A DNA stretch of 64,000 nucleotides from Selaginella moellendorffii (taxonomy: Eukaryota; Plantae; Lycopodiophyta): assembly GCF_000143415.4 (NCBI RefSeq), contig NW_003314366.1:372001-436000 (forward strand). The letters are read 5' to 3'. Positions 12,696 to 25,255 of the stretch are shown here, one piece after another (position 1 is the first letter of the stretch; each line of letters opens with the position of its first letter). Position numbers and translations under genes: made by a program. The notes below the pieces were generated by a model. The model saw nothing but the letters and a program-made list of their open reading frames with translations. It was not told the origin of the DNA and ran no database searches.

Positions 12696-14561
12696 TGTGA
12701 GACACAAATCCCTAAGCCCCAAAGTGGAGCCGAAAGGGTGCCACATGGTAGTGGCCAAAGTGAAAACCAAACGAGTGTAACATATTTAGACTAAAAGCTT
12801 CGACTTGAAAAGTCAAGAGTAGAAGTGGAACTCCCGATGGAGTGCTCAAGGAACAAGCATGAAGTAAGCAATAAGAGAGTCTCTAGAAAAGGGACACAAG
12901 AGGACTAACACATGACACATGGTGGAGTTCGAGATGGACCCGAGATAGGACCCGAGATGTACCTGAAATGGAGTCTGAGATGGAGTTCGAGATGGACCCG
13001 AGATGGACCTGAGATGGAGTCCGAGATGGAGTTTGAGATGGACCGCGATGAAATCCAAGATGGAGTTCGAGATGGAGTTTGAGATGGAGTCCGAGATGGA
13101 GTTCGAGATGGAGTCCGAGATAGGACCCGAGATGTACCTAAGATGGAGTCTGAGATGGAGTTCGAGATGGACCCGAGATGGACCTGAGATGGAGTCCGAG
13201 ATGGAGTTTGAGATGGACTGAGATGGAATTCAAGATGGAGTTTGAGCTGGACCCGAGATGGAGTCCGAAATGGACCNNNNNNNNNNNNNNNNNNNNNNNN
13301 NNNNNNNNNNNNNNNNNNNNNNNNNNNNNNNNNNNNNNNNNNNNNNNNNNNNNNNNNNNNNNNNNNNNNNNNNNNNAGATGGAGTTTGAGATGGACCCGA
13401 GATGGAGTTCGAGATGGACCGAGATGGAGTCCGAGATGGATCCGAGATGGAGTCCGAGATGGACCGAGATGGAGTCTGAGATGGAGTCCGAGATGGACCC
13501 AAGATGAAGTCTGAGATAGACCCAAGATAGAGTCCGAGTTGGAGTCCAAGATGGACCGAGATGGAGTCCGAGATGGAGTCCAAGATGGGCCCGAGATGGA
13601 GTTCGAGAAGGACCTAAGATGGAGTCCAAGGTCAAGACCGAGACCGAGACCAAGACCGAGACCGAGATTGGGACCGGGACTGAGACCGAGACCGAGGCCG
13701 AGGCCGAGACTGAGCCTGAGTTCAAGTCCAAGTCCGAGTTCGAGTCCGAGGGTGAAAGCCTAAAGTGTTTGTCTCCCAGACCCTAGTGAGCTCCAAAAGT
13801 ATAGTAGGGAGAGGACTACAATAGAGCCAGTTTGGCCAGGAATGGGTGGCACTACCTACTTCGATACCTGGCGTGGCTCAACGAAACCTTGCTCTAAGCC
13901 CATGACTAAAGCACCCAAAGGTGGAAGTTAGGGAGAGTACCTATGAGGTTCTCGTAGGGCCACGGTCTTTCGAAATATTGTCCCAAAGTCCTAGACTGTG
14001 GAAAGGAAGAGGAGTAACCCTTTAGTGTGGTGTCCAAGGATACAGTCACATGGTGAGGAAGTCCTAGATGACAGTGGGACTCGGTGGTCTGGCCTGTAGG
14101 GCTTGATCTAGTGGTAGTGTTGACGAACACGGCCATGTATAGAAAGGGACTTGGTAGGGATCGAAAAGGGATATTGGGGAAGGCTATTCCCCATGTCTGC
14201 AGGTATCCTAAGGATGCTAGGGAGTGGATCTGGGATGACTACTCATGAATGGATGGCCTAGTGTTTGAGAGACAGAACTATGATGTAGGTGATGTTATAT
14301 CATTGGTATGACAAAGGTGAATATACATGGCCTTAGCGTAACAGGCTGATATGTCAGTGTTACCTTTTGGTGTCAGTTATGGGACCGGACACGTGGAGCA
14401 CTTGGACTAAATGCAAGGGTTGAGTGGCAAGGATGCCATTCTCGGGGCTAGCCAGACCCAAGTCCAGAATAGGACTTATGGAGGTTGTGAGTAAGACTCC
14501 TCCAAGTGGTCTAAGGTGTGGTTAAGTGACTAAAGTAGAATGGAAAATTTAGTCGCTTACA
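12696..14561 (+). mobile_element. Solo LTR of family A (contains assembly gap)
   Basis: TGTGAGACACA...GTCGCTTACA; TSD ACAAC at 12691-12695 and 14562-14566. Confidence 0.9.
13277..13376. other. Assembly gap (100 N) within the LTR satellite
   Basis: Run of N. Confidence 1.
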
Positions 14562-15585
14562 ACAACCATCTAATAGCGTTCTTCTCGAAAACGTTTGACA
14601 AGGCTTAGCAAAAATGGCCTACCCACGAGAAGAAATTATTTGTGGTGGTCAACGTGCTCAAGGAGTGGTGACACTACCTTGGAACGCACTTCAAAGTTTA
14701 CATGCATAATCTGGCAATGAAACACTTCTTATCGCAGCCTGACCTAAGAGGGAAACAAGGTCGGTGGGCTAATGCATTGGCTGAGTTTGATTGTGAGATT
14801 CTGTATAAGTCTGGGAAGAGTAACATCGTGGCAAATAAGTCGAAAGGCAAATTTGAAATTGACGATATCTAACACAATAGCAACCTTTTGGGATGATGTG
14901 CAGACAACATATAAGAATGATGGTCTAGCACAAGAAGTATTGCTAAGGAATCAAGAGGCGCAAGATGCTCACCAGATAGGTGAGCTACCAATGGAAGAGA
15001 AAATAAGTTATGCAAAATGCAATAGACTCGAATATTATAAACAGATGAGGGTGTATACTCCAGAAGGGGAACTAAGGAAGGTAGCCTTAAAAGAGTGTTA
15101 TGATGGACCTCTTGCAGGACACGGCGGAGTGCCCAAGTTAATGGGTTTACTCAAAAGGAAGTATCACTGGCTAGATATGGCTAAAGACGTTTAAGACTAT
15201 ATAAAGACACGTCCAACATGTCAGTAGGTCAAAGCCGTGACTAAAGCTAGTGGAGGCTTGTTACAAAGCATTTCAATTCCAGATCAACCGTGGAAATGTC
15301 TTACGATGGACTTCATCACGGGACTCTTCCAAAGTGAGGGGTTTGATGTGATATTCATGGTGGTGGACCAGTTTTTGAAGATGGCACATTTCATACCCAC
15401 TACAATAGAAGTGCATGCAGAAGGCATGGCAAAGCTGTTCTTTAAACAAGTGGTTCAAGTGCGGGGAAGGCCAGAAAAGATTATCTCAGATCAAGATATA
15501 ATCTTCACTAATAGATTCTGGAGAGCTCTCCTGGAACAGTATTGCACCAAGTTGAAATTTAGTATAGCCTATCACCCACAAACAG

Positions 15586-15632
15586 GTATTGGGTATTAAG
15601 TCAAGTTTGATGGTAATAGCACTTCTTGATAG
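15586..15632 (+). other. 47-nt GT-AG intron-like insert in integrase motif HPQT/DGQTER
   Basis: ACAG|GTATTG...TTGATAG|ATGGA; removal restores T-D-G-(Q>stop)-T-E-R. Confidence 0.7.
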
Positions 15633-15769
15633 ATGGATAAACGGAAAGGGTGAATAGGTAGCTGAAGGATTATCTGCGATGCTATGTCTCGGGAGACCAG
15701 ACCAATTGGGTAAGTCATTTAGGACTTACAAAAATGTGCTATAACAACTCACCACATTCAAGTATTGGG

Positions 15770-18700
15770 TGTAAGCAACTAAATTTTCCATTCTACTTTA
15801 GTCACATAACCACACCTCCGACCACTTGGAGGAGTCTCATTCACAACCTCCATAAGTCCAATTCAGGACTTGGGACTTGCTGGCCCCAAAAATGGCATCC
15901 ATGCCACTCAACATTTGCACTTGGTCCAAGTGCTCCATGTGTCCGATCCCATGACCGACACTCAAAGGTACCACCGACATGGCAGCTTGTCACGCTAAGG
16001 CCATGCCCAATCACCTTTGCCACACTGGTAGTCCAATACCACATGCATCCCAATCTTGGCTCTCCAAGACTAGGCAAACCATCCGTGAGTGGTCATCTCA
16101 GATCCACTCCTTAGCATCCTTAGGATGCCCACCGACAAGGGGAATAGCCTTCCCCAATATCCCTCTATCAGTCCCCACTAAGTCCCTTTCTGCCCCTAGC
16201 CGTGTTTGCCAACACTACCACTGGATCGAGGCCCACATGCCCGACCACTAAGTCCCACGGTCCTCTGGGACTTCCTCACCATACGATTGTGTCTTTAGTC
16301 ACAACCCCAAAGGACTGCTCCTCTTCCTTTCCACAGTCTGGGCCTTTGGGGACAACATTTCGGAACACCATGGTCTTACGCGAGCCACCTGGGTACTCTC
16401 CCCGCCTTCCACCCTTGGGTGCTCTAGCCATGGGCTTAGAGCGAGGTTCCGTTGAGCCACGCCTGGTATCTAAGTAGGTAGTGCCACCCACACTTGGACT
16501 GGGAGCATCGGCCAGTTGATCTCCCGGGGGAACTAGAGTCGGCTCTTGAACACTTCACCAAGCTACCCCGCTTGTTGGTCTGTGTTCACTCTAGTATTGG
16601 ACTTCCCAGTGGTCAGTTCATCACCCAACACTGGGTCTGGCCTTCCTGGGCCAAACTGGCCTTTCCTGGCCAAACTGGCTCCACTGCAGTCCTCCCCCCT
16701 ACTATACTTTTGGAGCTCACCAAACCCCCTGAGTCTGGGAGACGAACACTTTGGGCTTTCACCCTCTCATACTCGAACTCGGACTCGGACTCGGACTCAG
16801 GCTCAGTCTCGGCCTCTGCCTCGGTCTCGGTCTCGGTCTCGGTCCCGGTCCTGGTCTCGGTCTCGGTCTTGGTCCCGGTCCCGGTCTCGGTCTCGGTCTC
16901 GGTCCCGGTCCCGGTCCCGGTCTCGGTCTCGGTCTCGGTCCCGGTCTCGGTCTCGATCTCGGACTCCATCTCGGGTCCTTCTTGGACTCCATCTCGGATT
17001 CCATCCCGGGTCCATCTCGGACTCCATCTCGGACTCCGTCTCGGTCCATCTCGGACTCCATCTCGGACTCCACTTCAGGCTCCACTTCAGACTCCACCTC
17101 GGACTCCACCTCGGAGTCCACCTCGGAGTCCACCTCGGACTCCACCTCGGACTCCACCTCGGACTCCACCTCGGACTCCAGCTCAGACTCCACCTCAGAC
17201 TCCACCTCGGACTCCATCTCGGACTTCATCTTGGTCCATCTCGAACTCCATCTCAGACACTTCCACGTGTCATGTGTTGGTCCTTTTGGGTCCCTTTTTG
17301 GAGCCTCGCTTATTGCTCGCTTCATGCTCATTCCTTGAGCACTCCATTGGGAGTTCCACTCTTGCTCTCGACCTTTTAAGTCGGAGCCTTTTAGTCCAAA
17401 TGTGTTACGCTCGTTTGGCTTTTGCTTCGGCCACTACCACGTGGCACCCTTTTGGCTCCACTTTGGGGCTTAGGGGTTTGTGTCTCACAACTCCACCACC
17501 CATAGACGAAGTTCAATGTCCTCATTGAACGGTAAACCCGTTTATAAAGTAACACCCACAAGTATTACCATTTCCTTCCTTGGCACCTAGCCAATATTTG
17601 TCTATGGTTTGACCCCAAAGGCTCACCATGCCTTGTCCATCCTCTAAGGGGCATAGTCTCTCCAACATAGAGACTCATTCGGACACCTAGGGTGGTTTGC
17701 TCCCTTTTATAGGTTTAGTTCTCGCTAAACCCGTTTGAGATACTTTCTCTAACTCAATTCCACTACTCATTCTCGAGTAGTCCCAACTTCTATTGACATA
17801 ACCAATTCACCTTGGAACTTTTAATTTTGACTTCTCGAAGTCAATTTCTTTGGTGTCTTTGACACCTTTCACTGCACATATTATGCAACTTCACTTCCCA
17901 TCCTAGGAAGCTCCCCACTTGAGGGCGCCATCGTCCTCCTTTCTATTTTATGCCACTTTTGGCACCAAGTTCTAGCCATTGTAATTTGTGCTAGAGCTAC
18001 CCACAGTGTAAGCAACCAAAGGGAACGACTTGAGAGACGATCCATGGGGTTCAAATATAGAGGGAAAGGGCCCATGAATAAGAGTGCACCCCCTTTTCCA
18101 ATCAGTTAAGGGTCTTGGGATATTTGGGGTTAAGCGTCCTTGGGTTTGAATAGTACTGGGCCCGGTGACCTCCCGGGAAGTCCAAACTTAGGAGTTTACA
18201 TTTGGTATCAGAGCGGTCTCGGGTCCGACTCTGTTGGTTGGCTAAGGGAATCACACCACATGTTGATTGACATCTGGCTGGTCCAGTTTGTTCCCGCTGG
18301 GCTCGACCCGAGGGGTAGGGTGTCAAGAGAGCGGGGCTCTCGGGAGAGCTGCGGCTCTCAGCTTCCGTTCACAAGGGCGTGAACTTGCAGGGAAGCGTGG
18401 TGGATTGTAAGCAACCAAAGGGAATGACTTGAGAGACGATCCATAGGGTTCAAATATAGAAGGAAAGGGCCCATGAATAAGAGTGCATCCCCTTTTCCAA
18501 TCGGTTAAGGGTCTTGGGATATTTGGGGTTAAGCGTCCTTGGGTTTGAATAGTACTGGGCTGGGTGACCTCCCGGGAAGTCCAAACTTAGGAGTTTACAC
18601 ACGGCCCTATCCTTTGGCTACTTCGCCATTCCCTCCCTTGGAGCTTTCACCTTTGCCAACTTGGAGCATTTGGGAATCTTTCCTTGGAAGTCCACTTCCT

Positions 18701-21700
18701 TTCCCGCAATCCGTTAGCATAAAACACATTTGTGTTCCTTGGCTAACTTTGCCATTTGGATTCCTTCCCATGATTCCCATGGCTCTTTTCTTGGCCACTA
18801 GTCTTTTGCTCCTATCCTTGATTGTTGCACCCAGCAACATAGGATCGCTACCTCCATTTTTTAGGTTTCCTTTCGGTTCCATAGCAAACACTTTGCTTTG
18901 CCAAGTCCAGAGGGTGTTCACCCCTAGTACGTCTCTTTAACATTTTCTATCGTGGGCTCTATCCACGGCCCAACTTTTTGAGGCCCTCCCTTGGATCTCT
19001 TATAGAGACTACTTTCCTTGGACTTACTATGCCATAGCATTGATATAGCTCATTTCCCTTAGGTGTTCTTCTCACTTGGTCACCTCAACCAAGCCACACC
19101 TTTATGAATAATTCAAATCAACACTTTGAACTAGGAATCATATTCCTTAACCCAAACAAAGACTTTGTCCTTGTTTAGCCACAAGATCACCTAGTGATCT
19201 CATAATAGGCTTATCAATAGGAACTAAGTCTTCCAGACCCTTCTAAGTTGTTGACTATGACCCCAGGGGCATCCCCCACACTTGGCGGTGCGCCCAAGCC
19301 AGCCCTTCCGGCCAAGGATCCATAGCAACTGAGACTTGGGTGTCCCCATCTCATTCACCACGTCCTTGGTGCCCTTTGCACCAAAGTGTTTAAGTTAGAT
19401 ATGCTGAGCTTTCACTCTAAGAAATCTAACCGTGCATCACGACTCCGAGGCATCCCTCGCTTGGCGGTGTGCCCAAACTAGTCTCCTCACTGAGAGTCCA
19501 TGACCACCGAAATATGAGTGTCCTCATATTCCAAACCATCACCACGCCCTAGTGATTTGGGACTCGAACCCAAGCACTAGAGGGTTGGGACTCGAACCCA
19601 ACCTCCGTATATGCATCTACGGACGGCATCACCCAGGATGCCTGGCATGACTCCCCACGCCGGTGCACCAACTTATACTTAAAGCGTGGTATAGATCATA
19701 GCTTAGGAACCTAGTTCCCCCACACTGCCAAGTCCTCTCACTTGACAAGTCCATGATCATGCATGGACTCTTCCATGCTTGGCCCCATGGCCCACCTTTT
19801 TGAAGTAATCACATTCAACTAGGGTATTTGTTCCCCCGACTTGCCAATCTCGCTTGGCAAGTCCTCCGACCACTGTAACATGGTTCCTGCATAAGCGTGA
19901 AAGTCCTTGACCATTGACTTTCGTTCAAAGCCCTCTCTTTGAACACTCGGGAACTACTTCCCTAACCTTGATAGTGTTGCCTCATGGCAAGCTTCAAGAC
20001 CACGCTTCTGCTGCGCCACTCTGATTTCGCGTGTTCCATGAACCATTTACACTTGGTTTTTCTAGGTACTAAGCTACCTAAAATCATCTTTGGGAACCTT
20101 GAAGGAACTCTGTCCCTTAGCTTGCTAAGGCCTCTCTTTTCGCAAGCTTTATAGTTGCCATATAGTCTAACATGGACAATTCCATATTTTAGACTCTCCA
20201 TGGCATCACAGTTGCTAACAACAACATCCTCGAGCACCCTCTTGATTCTCCACTCCCAACTTGCATAACCACCGTTGGATATGCCCTTCGATTTCTATGG
20301 TTCAGTTCCATCCCAATACTACTTGCCTTTTGGCCCCATATGTTTCCTTTGGTTATTCTCCTCCAAACTAGGCGGATAGCTTTGCACATTTTGCTATGCC
20401 TTAGCAAGTATGCTTAGGGATGAACCTGCTCGATAGCCTAGGGAGTGGTTCCTTAATCTTGGGCATGCTCACTTTATAATCCCACACACCAGGGTTAACG
20501 TTGCTGCTTATGGGCCTTTACATGCCCATCATTAGCTTTGCCAAAATTCCATTTTTAGCTTTATCCAATTTGGGTTGACAGTTTTCTCCTGTCTCCGCAA
20601 CCTTGGATATTTGGATAGCACATTTTATCCATCATTCACTAGGGACTTAGTCCCTTGGGCTTTATCTATTGCCCTCGCGACATCAAACACCACCTCCCGG
20701 TGTCCTAGAGTGTTTTGGTATCCCAAATGATGGCTTATTTGACAATGAACATTCCCTTTTATGACATTGACTTACTATATCGCAACATAAGCAATTTATC
20801 CCTCGTAAGGGTATATCTAACTTCTTTATGCCATTAAGAAGTCTTGGGTAGCTACCTTCTACTAGTTTGACCAATTATCTTGCACTTTTTGCTTAGTTGC
20901 CTCATAGCTGTCAAGTCCTACAACTCATTGCTTGGTGCTTCCACACCTCCATCATTATCTGGGTCACCACACTCCAACCACATGCCTTCCAGCTTAGGCT
21001 ATGCCATTCCCGTTTTTATTGGGATTCCCTTGGCAAGGGGTTCTTAAGAACCCACCAACATAACCTCAAGGTATCACACTTTGGCACATTTGGTGTCTCC
21101 ACACCATCGGCCCCACGAGCCTATCCTTATGACACTACTTACTAGTATCTAGGTCTTTGCCTAGGACAATATAGTTGTTCCTCATGCTAACTATCCATTA
21201 GCACCACACCATAGAGTTTGCACCCAACTCTAGGTCAAAGTTGCTTTCTTCTGGGAATATCTTTCCCACAACTTTAGTATTGCACATTCTGCCCTCAATG
21301 AGATATCTCTTGTTCTCATACTTGGATCTTATGATCCTCCCCATACCTCATGGGGCAGCATACACCTCAGTCTAAATGCTTCAACCAATCCCTTATGACC
21401 ATTCCTTGACCCCACTTGAGTCATCCAGCATTTTTGGACCTTGCTAATCCAACAACCTACGAGGTCTCAATCTTAGAGGTGCCAACTCACTGGAATACAA
21501 CTTCTTGTATTCATGTCCTACTCATAAGGACAATCTTTGCAAGTGTTACTCTAACACTTGATGATTTTCTTGGGGCTAACATTTGCCCCTTAGGACCACT
21601 TGTCCATGTGATGAGAATACCAACTCATCCTCTAAGTACACCCCCACCTCCTTGGGTTGTTCTAGCATTTAGAAGAGGTAGCTTCGGCTACCATTTCAAG

Positions 21701-23836
21701 GACTTGTGTCCTTTTCTGTATTTGACCTCCCGCGGTCATTACTTCTAGTCTCACATTTATGAGCACCCACCTCAACTATATGAGGATAATCTTGTGACTC
21801 CTTTATTGTTTTGGAGTCTTTATCTTTCCCGTGATCCTAACTATAGTTGTTTACCACAACTACATTAGCCAGTTTGCAAAGTCAAATGCTCATCTGGATC
21901 ACATCCTCAACTCTATGAGGAAAACTTTATACTGTTCCCAAGATCCCAAAGTCGTTCCCTTACTGGCCCCTTTTTTATCCACCACATCGCGCCCAAGTTC
22001 ACGCATGAACTTGAGTGGAGAGCCATGTCCTCTCGACATGCTACTTCTCAACGATAGGCCCACTCCTAGGACCTTCCGATGCTAATATCAATGGTGATAT
22101 ACTTGAGCACCAATAAAAGTCAGACTAAGGAACAACTCCGATACCAAATTGTAAGCGACTAAATTTTCCATTCTACTTTAGTCACTTAACCACACCTCCG
22201 ACCACTTGGAGGAGTCTCATTCACAACCTCCATAAGTCCAATTCAGGACTTGGGACTTGCTAGCCCCGAGAATGGCATCCATGCCATTCAACATTTGCAC
22301 TTGGTCCAAGTGCTCCACGTGTCCAATCCCATGACCGACACTCAAAGGTACCACCGACATGGTAGCTTGTCACGCTAAGGCCATGCCCAATCACCTTTGC
22401 CACACTGGTAGTCCAATACCACATGCATCCCAGTCTTGGCTCTCCAAGACTAGGCAAACCATCCGTGAGTGGTCATCTCAAATCCACTCCTTAGCATCCT
22501 TAGGATGCCCACCGACAAGGGGAATAGCCTTCCCCAATATCCCTCTGTCAGTCCCCACTAAGTCCCTTTCTGCCCCTGGCCATGTTTGCCAACACTACCA
22601 CTGGATCGAGGCCCACAGGCCCGACCACTAAGTCCCACGGTCCTCTGGGACTTCCTCACCATACGATTGTGTCTTTGGTCACTACCCCAAAGGACTGCTC
22701 CTCTTCCTTTCCACAGTCTGGGCCTTTGGGACAACATTTCGGAACACCGTGGCCTTATGCGAGCCACCTGGGTACTCTCCCTGCCTTCCGCCCTTGGGTG
22801 CTCTAGCCATGGGCTTAGAGCGAGGTTCCGTTGAGCCACGCCTGGTATCCAAGTAGGTAGTGCCACCCACACTTGGACTAGGAGCATCAGCCAGTCGATC
22901 TCCTGGGGGAACTAGAGCCGGCTCTTGAACACTTCACCAAGCTACCCCGCTTGTCGGTCTGTATTCACTCTAGTCTTGGACTTCCCAGTGGTCAGTTCAT
23001 CACCCAACACTGGGTCTGGCCTTCCTGGGCCAAACTGGCCTTTCCTGGCCAAACTGGCTCCACTGCAGTCCTCCCCCCTACTATACTTTTGGAGCTCACC
23101 AAACCCCCCAGGGTCTGGGAGACGAACGCTTTGGGCTTTCACCCTCTCAGACTCGAACTCGGACTCGGACTTGGACTCGGGCTCAGTCTCGGCCTCCGCC
23201 TCGGTCTCGGTCCCGGTCCCGGTCTCGGTCTCGGTCTCGGTCCCAGTCTCGGTCTCGGTCTCGGTCTCGATCCCGGTCTCGGTCTTGACCTTGGACTCCA
23301 TCTCGGGTCCTCCATCTCGGATTCCATCCCGGGTCCATCTCGGACTCCATCTCGGACTCCATCTCGGACTCCATCTCGGTCCATCTCGGACTCTATCTCA
23401 GACTCCACTTTGGACTCCATCTCGGACTCCAGCTCAGATTCCAGCTCGGACTCCATCTCGGACTCCATCTCGGACTCCACCTCGGACTCCACCTCGGACT
23501 CCATCTCGGACTCCACCTCGAACTCCATCTCGGACTCCACCTCAGACTCCACCTCGGACTCCATCTCGGACTTCATCTTGGTCCATCTCGGACTCCATCT
23601 CGGACACTTCCACGTGTCATGTGTTGGTCCTTTTGGGTCCCTTTTTGGAGCTTCGCTTATTACTCGCTTCATGCTCATTCCTTGAGCACTCCATTGGGAG
23701 TTCCACTCTTGCTCTCGACCTTTCAAGTCGGAGCCTTTTAATCCAAACGTGTTACGCTCATTTGGCTTTTGCTTCGGCCACTACCACGTGGCACCCTTGT
23801 GGCTCCACTTTGGGGCTTAGGGATTTGTGTCTGACA
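15770..23836 (-). mobile_element. Full-length family-A element, apparently non-autonomous (LARD-like); LTRs 22150-23836 (5') and 15770-17489 (3')
   Basis: TSD TTGGG/TCGGG; PBS revcomp (ctccgataccaaat) at 22136-22149; PPT revcomp at 17490; ~4 kb internal region with no recognisable gag/pol ORF. Confidence 0.88.
18007..18599 (+). mobile_element. Cassandra-type TRIM (194-bp LTRs with a 5S rRNA-derived segment)
   Basis: LTRs 18007-18200 and 18406-18599; PBS TGGTATCAGAGC; PPT GGGAAGCGTGGTGGAT; TSD CACAG/CACGG; empty site visible at ~9060; LTR carries GTTAAGCGTCCTTGGG...TAGTACTGGGCTGGGTGACCTCCCGGGAAGTCC (5S A-box/IE/C-box). Confidence 0.92.
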
Positions 23837-24500
23837 TCGGGGTGAGTCTATGGGAAGTCATCAATGGGTGAGTTATTGAAGGTCCTATGGAACTCGGCAT
23901 GGCCGAGTATCATGAAGAGTTACCTACTGTAGAAGCATTCACGACAGAAAGACTCAACATTTAGAATCTAGTGAGGGATTCCTTGGAATAGACTCAATAA
24001 AGGCAAACTAAGTACACAAACTAGAAGCGCCAGGATGTAGAGTTCTAACTTGGGGAGAAAGTGTGGTTGAACACCAAGAACCTAAGGCTACCAAGTGGGA
24101 TCAACCATAAGTTGACCCAAAGGTAAAAATGCATGTATTCCTAGAAATGAATTGATCATGAGTTCCTTAAGCAGGTTTGCAGGGCCTTACGAGATTGAGG
24201 CACGAATCAGTAAAGTGGCTTACTGCCTTGGACTTCCTCGAGAGATGGGGAAGATGCACCCAGTGTTTTATATGAATTTACTCAAGTTGTATTTTGAGGA
24301 TCTACTTCACAAGGACCAAATAAAACCTTTACCTGAGGTTATCCAAGGGAAAGAGGAATACGAAGTCAAGGCCATCTTCAATGTGTGCAAGAGCAAACAA
24401 CAAGGATGCAAAGTGAGGGAGTTCCATGTAAAGTGAAAAGAATTTCCACACTGCAAAGCAACATGGGAACCGGAAGAGAACCTAACAAACGTGGGACCTA
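23837..24500 (+). pseudogene. pol of element B, part 2 (integrase C-terminus, GPY/F module, chromodomain)
   Basis: GEKVWLNTKNLRL, RFAGPYEI, MHPVFYMNLLK, EEYEVKAI...EFHVK*KEFP...ATWEPEENL. Confidence 0.88.
24123..24174 (+). other. 52-nt GT-AG intron-like insert in the integrase GPY/F module
   Basis: CAAAG|GTAAAA...TTAAGCAG|GTTTGCAGGGCCTTAC; removal gives KLTQRFAGPY. Confidence 0.72.
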
Positions 24501-25255
24501 GTGGAGGAATTTTTGCAAGGAAGAACTCTATGTACTTATGTAAAGTTCAATTAAAGTATCAAATTGTGAAGTTGAGTAATGGCATATGTTGGGACCTGAA
24601 GGTGCACCGAATGTAAACTAATTAGCATGAGTTAACTAGGTTGACCAGGCGTAGGGAACTACTCCTGATTCCCCGTGGGGATATTGAATTCGTAAACATA
24701 TTCTACGGAGGTTGGGTTTGAGTCCCAACCCCTAGTAAAGCAAGGCTAGGTTCAAGTCCCAACCCCATACTAGGGCATGGTAAGGTGAGGGGTATAGGGA
24801 CACATATATTCTGTTGCCATGGGCTCTTGGTTGGGGAGGCTAACTTAGGCACACCACTAAGTGGAGGAATGCCCTCGGAAACATAAGCAACAAGTCATAG
24901 GATTAGAAAGAAACATTTGATGTGGGCATTGAACTTCTTCTATGGGTGGTGGAGTTGTAAAAAACCAATTCCCCAAGGTGTCGTAGGCTAAAAGATCCCT
25001 GAAAGCATGACCAAAATGATAAAGAGTTCATTGGATGGGACCAAGTCTGAGATCGAGTCCAAAACTGACTCTGAGACCGAGTTCAAGACAAAGTCCAGGA
25101 TCGAGTCCAAGGCCGACTTCGAAACCAAGTTTGAGACTGAGTTCGAGACAGAATCTGAGATTTGAGATTGGGTCCGAGATCGAGTCTGAGGTCAAGTTGG
25201 AAATTAGGTCCGAGGTTGAGTCCAAGATCGAGTCCGAGACCGAGTCCAAGGTCGG

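Larger units (their letters stand above)
12200..15769 (+). pseudogene. pol of element B, part 1 (protease stub, RT C-terminus, RNaseH, integrase N-part), interrupted by solo LTR A at 12696-14561
   Basis: KLYAKESKYNF, RAFLGLCNYYQKFI, LPDFSKDFEVEMDA, GHGG...TCQ, LTMDFITGL, ISDQD, HPQT-DG*TER. Confidence 0.88.

Noticed and set aside
18129-18183. 5S rRNA gene
   Set aside because: Only the ~55-nt internal control region is present, inside TRIM LTRs; 5S termini are missing
19557-19604. tRNA gene
   Set aside because: Only T-arm-like hairpins; no D or anticodon arm evident
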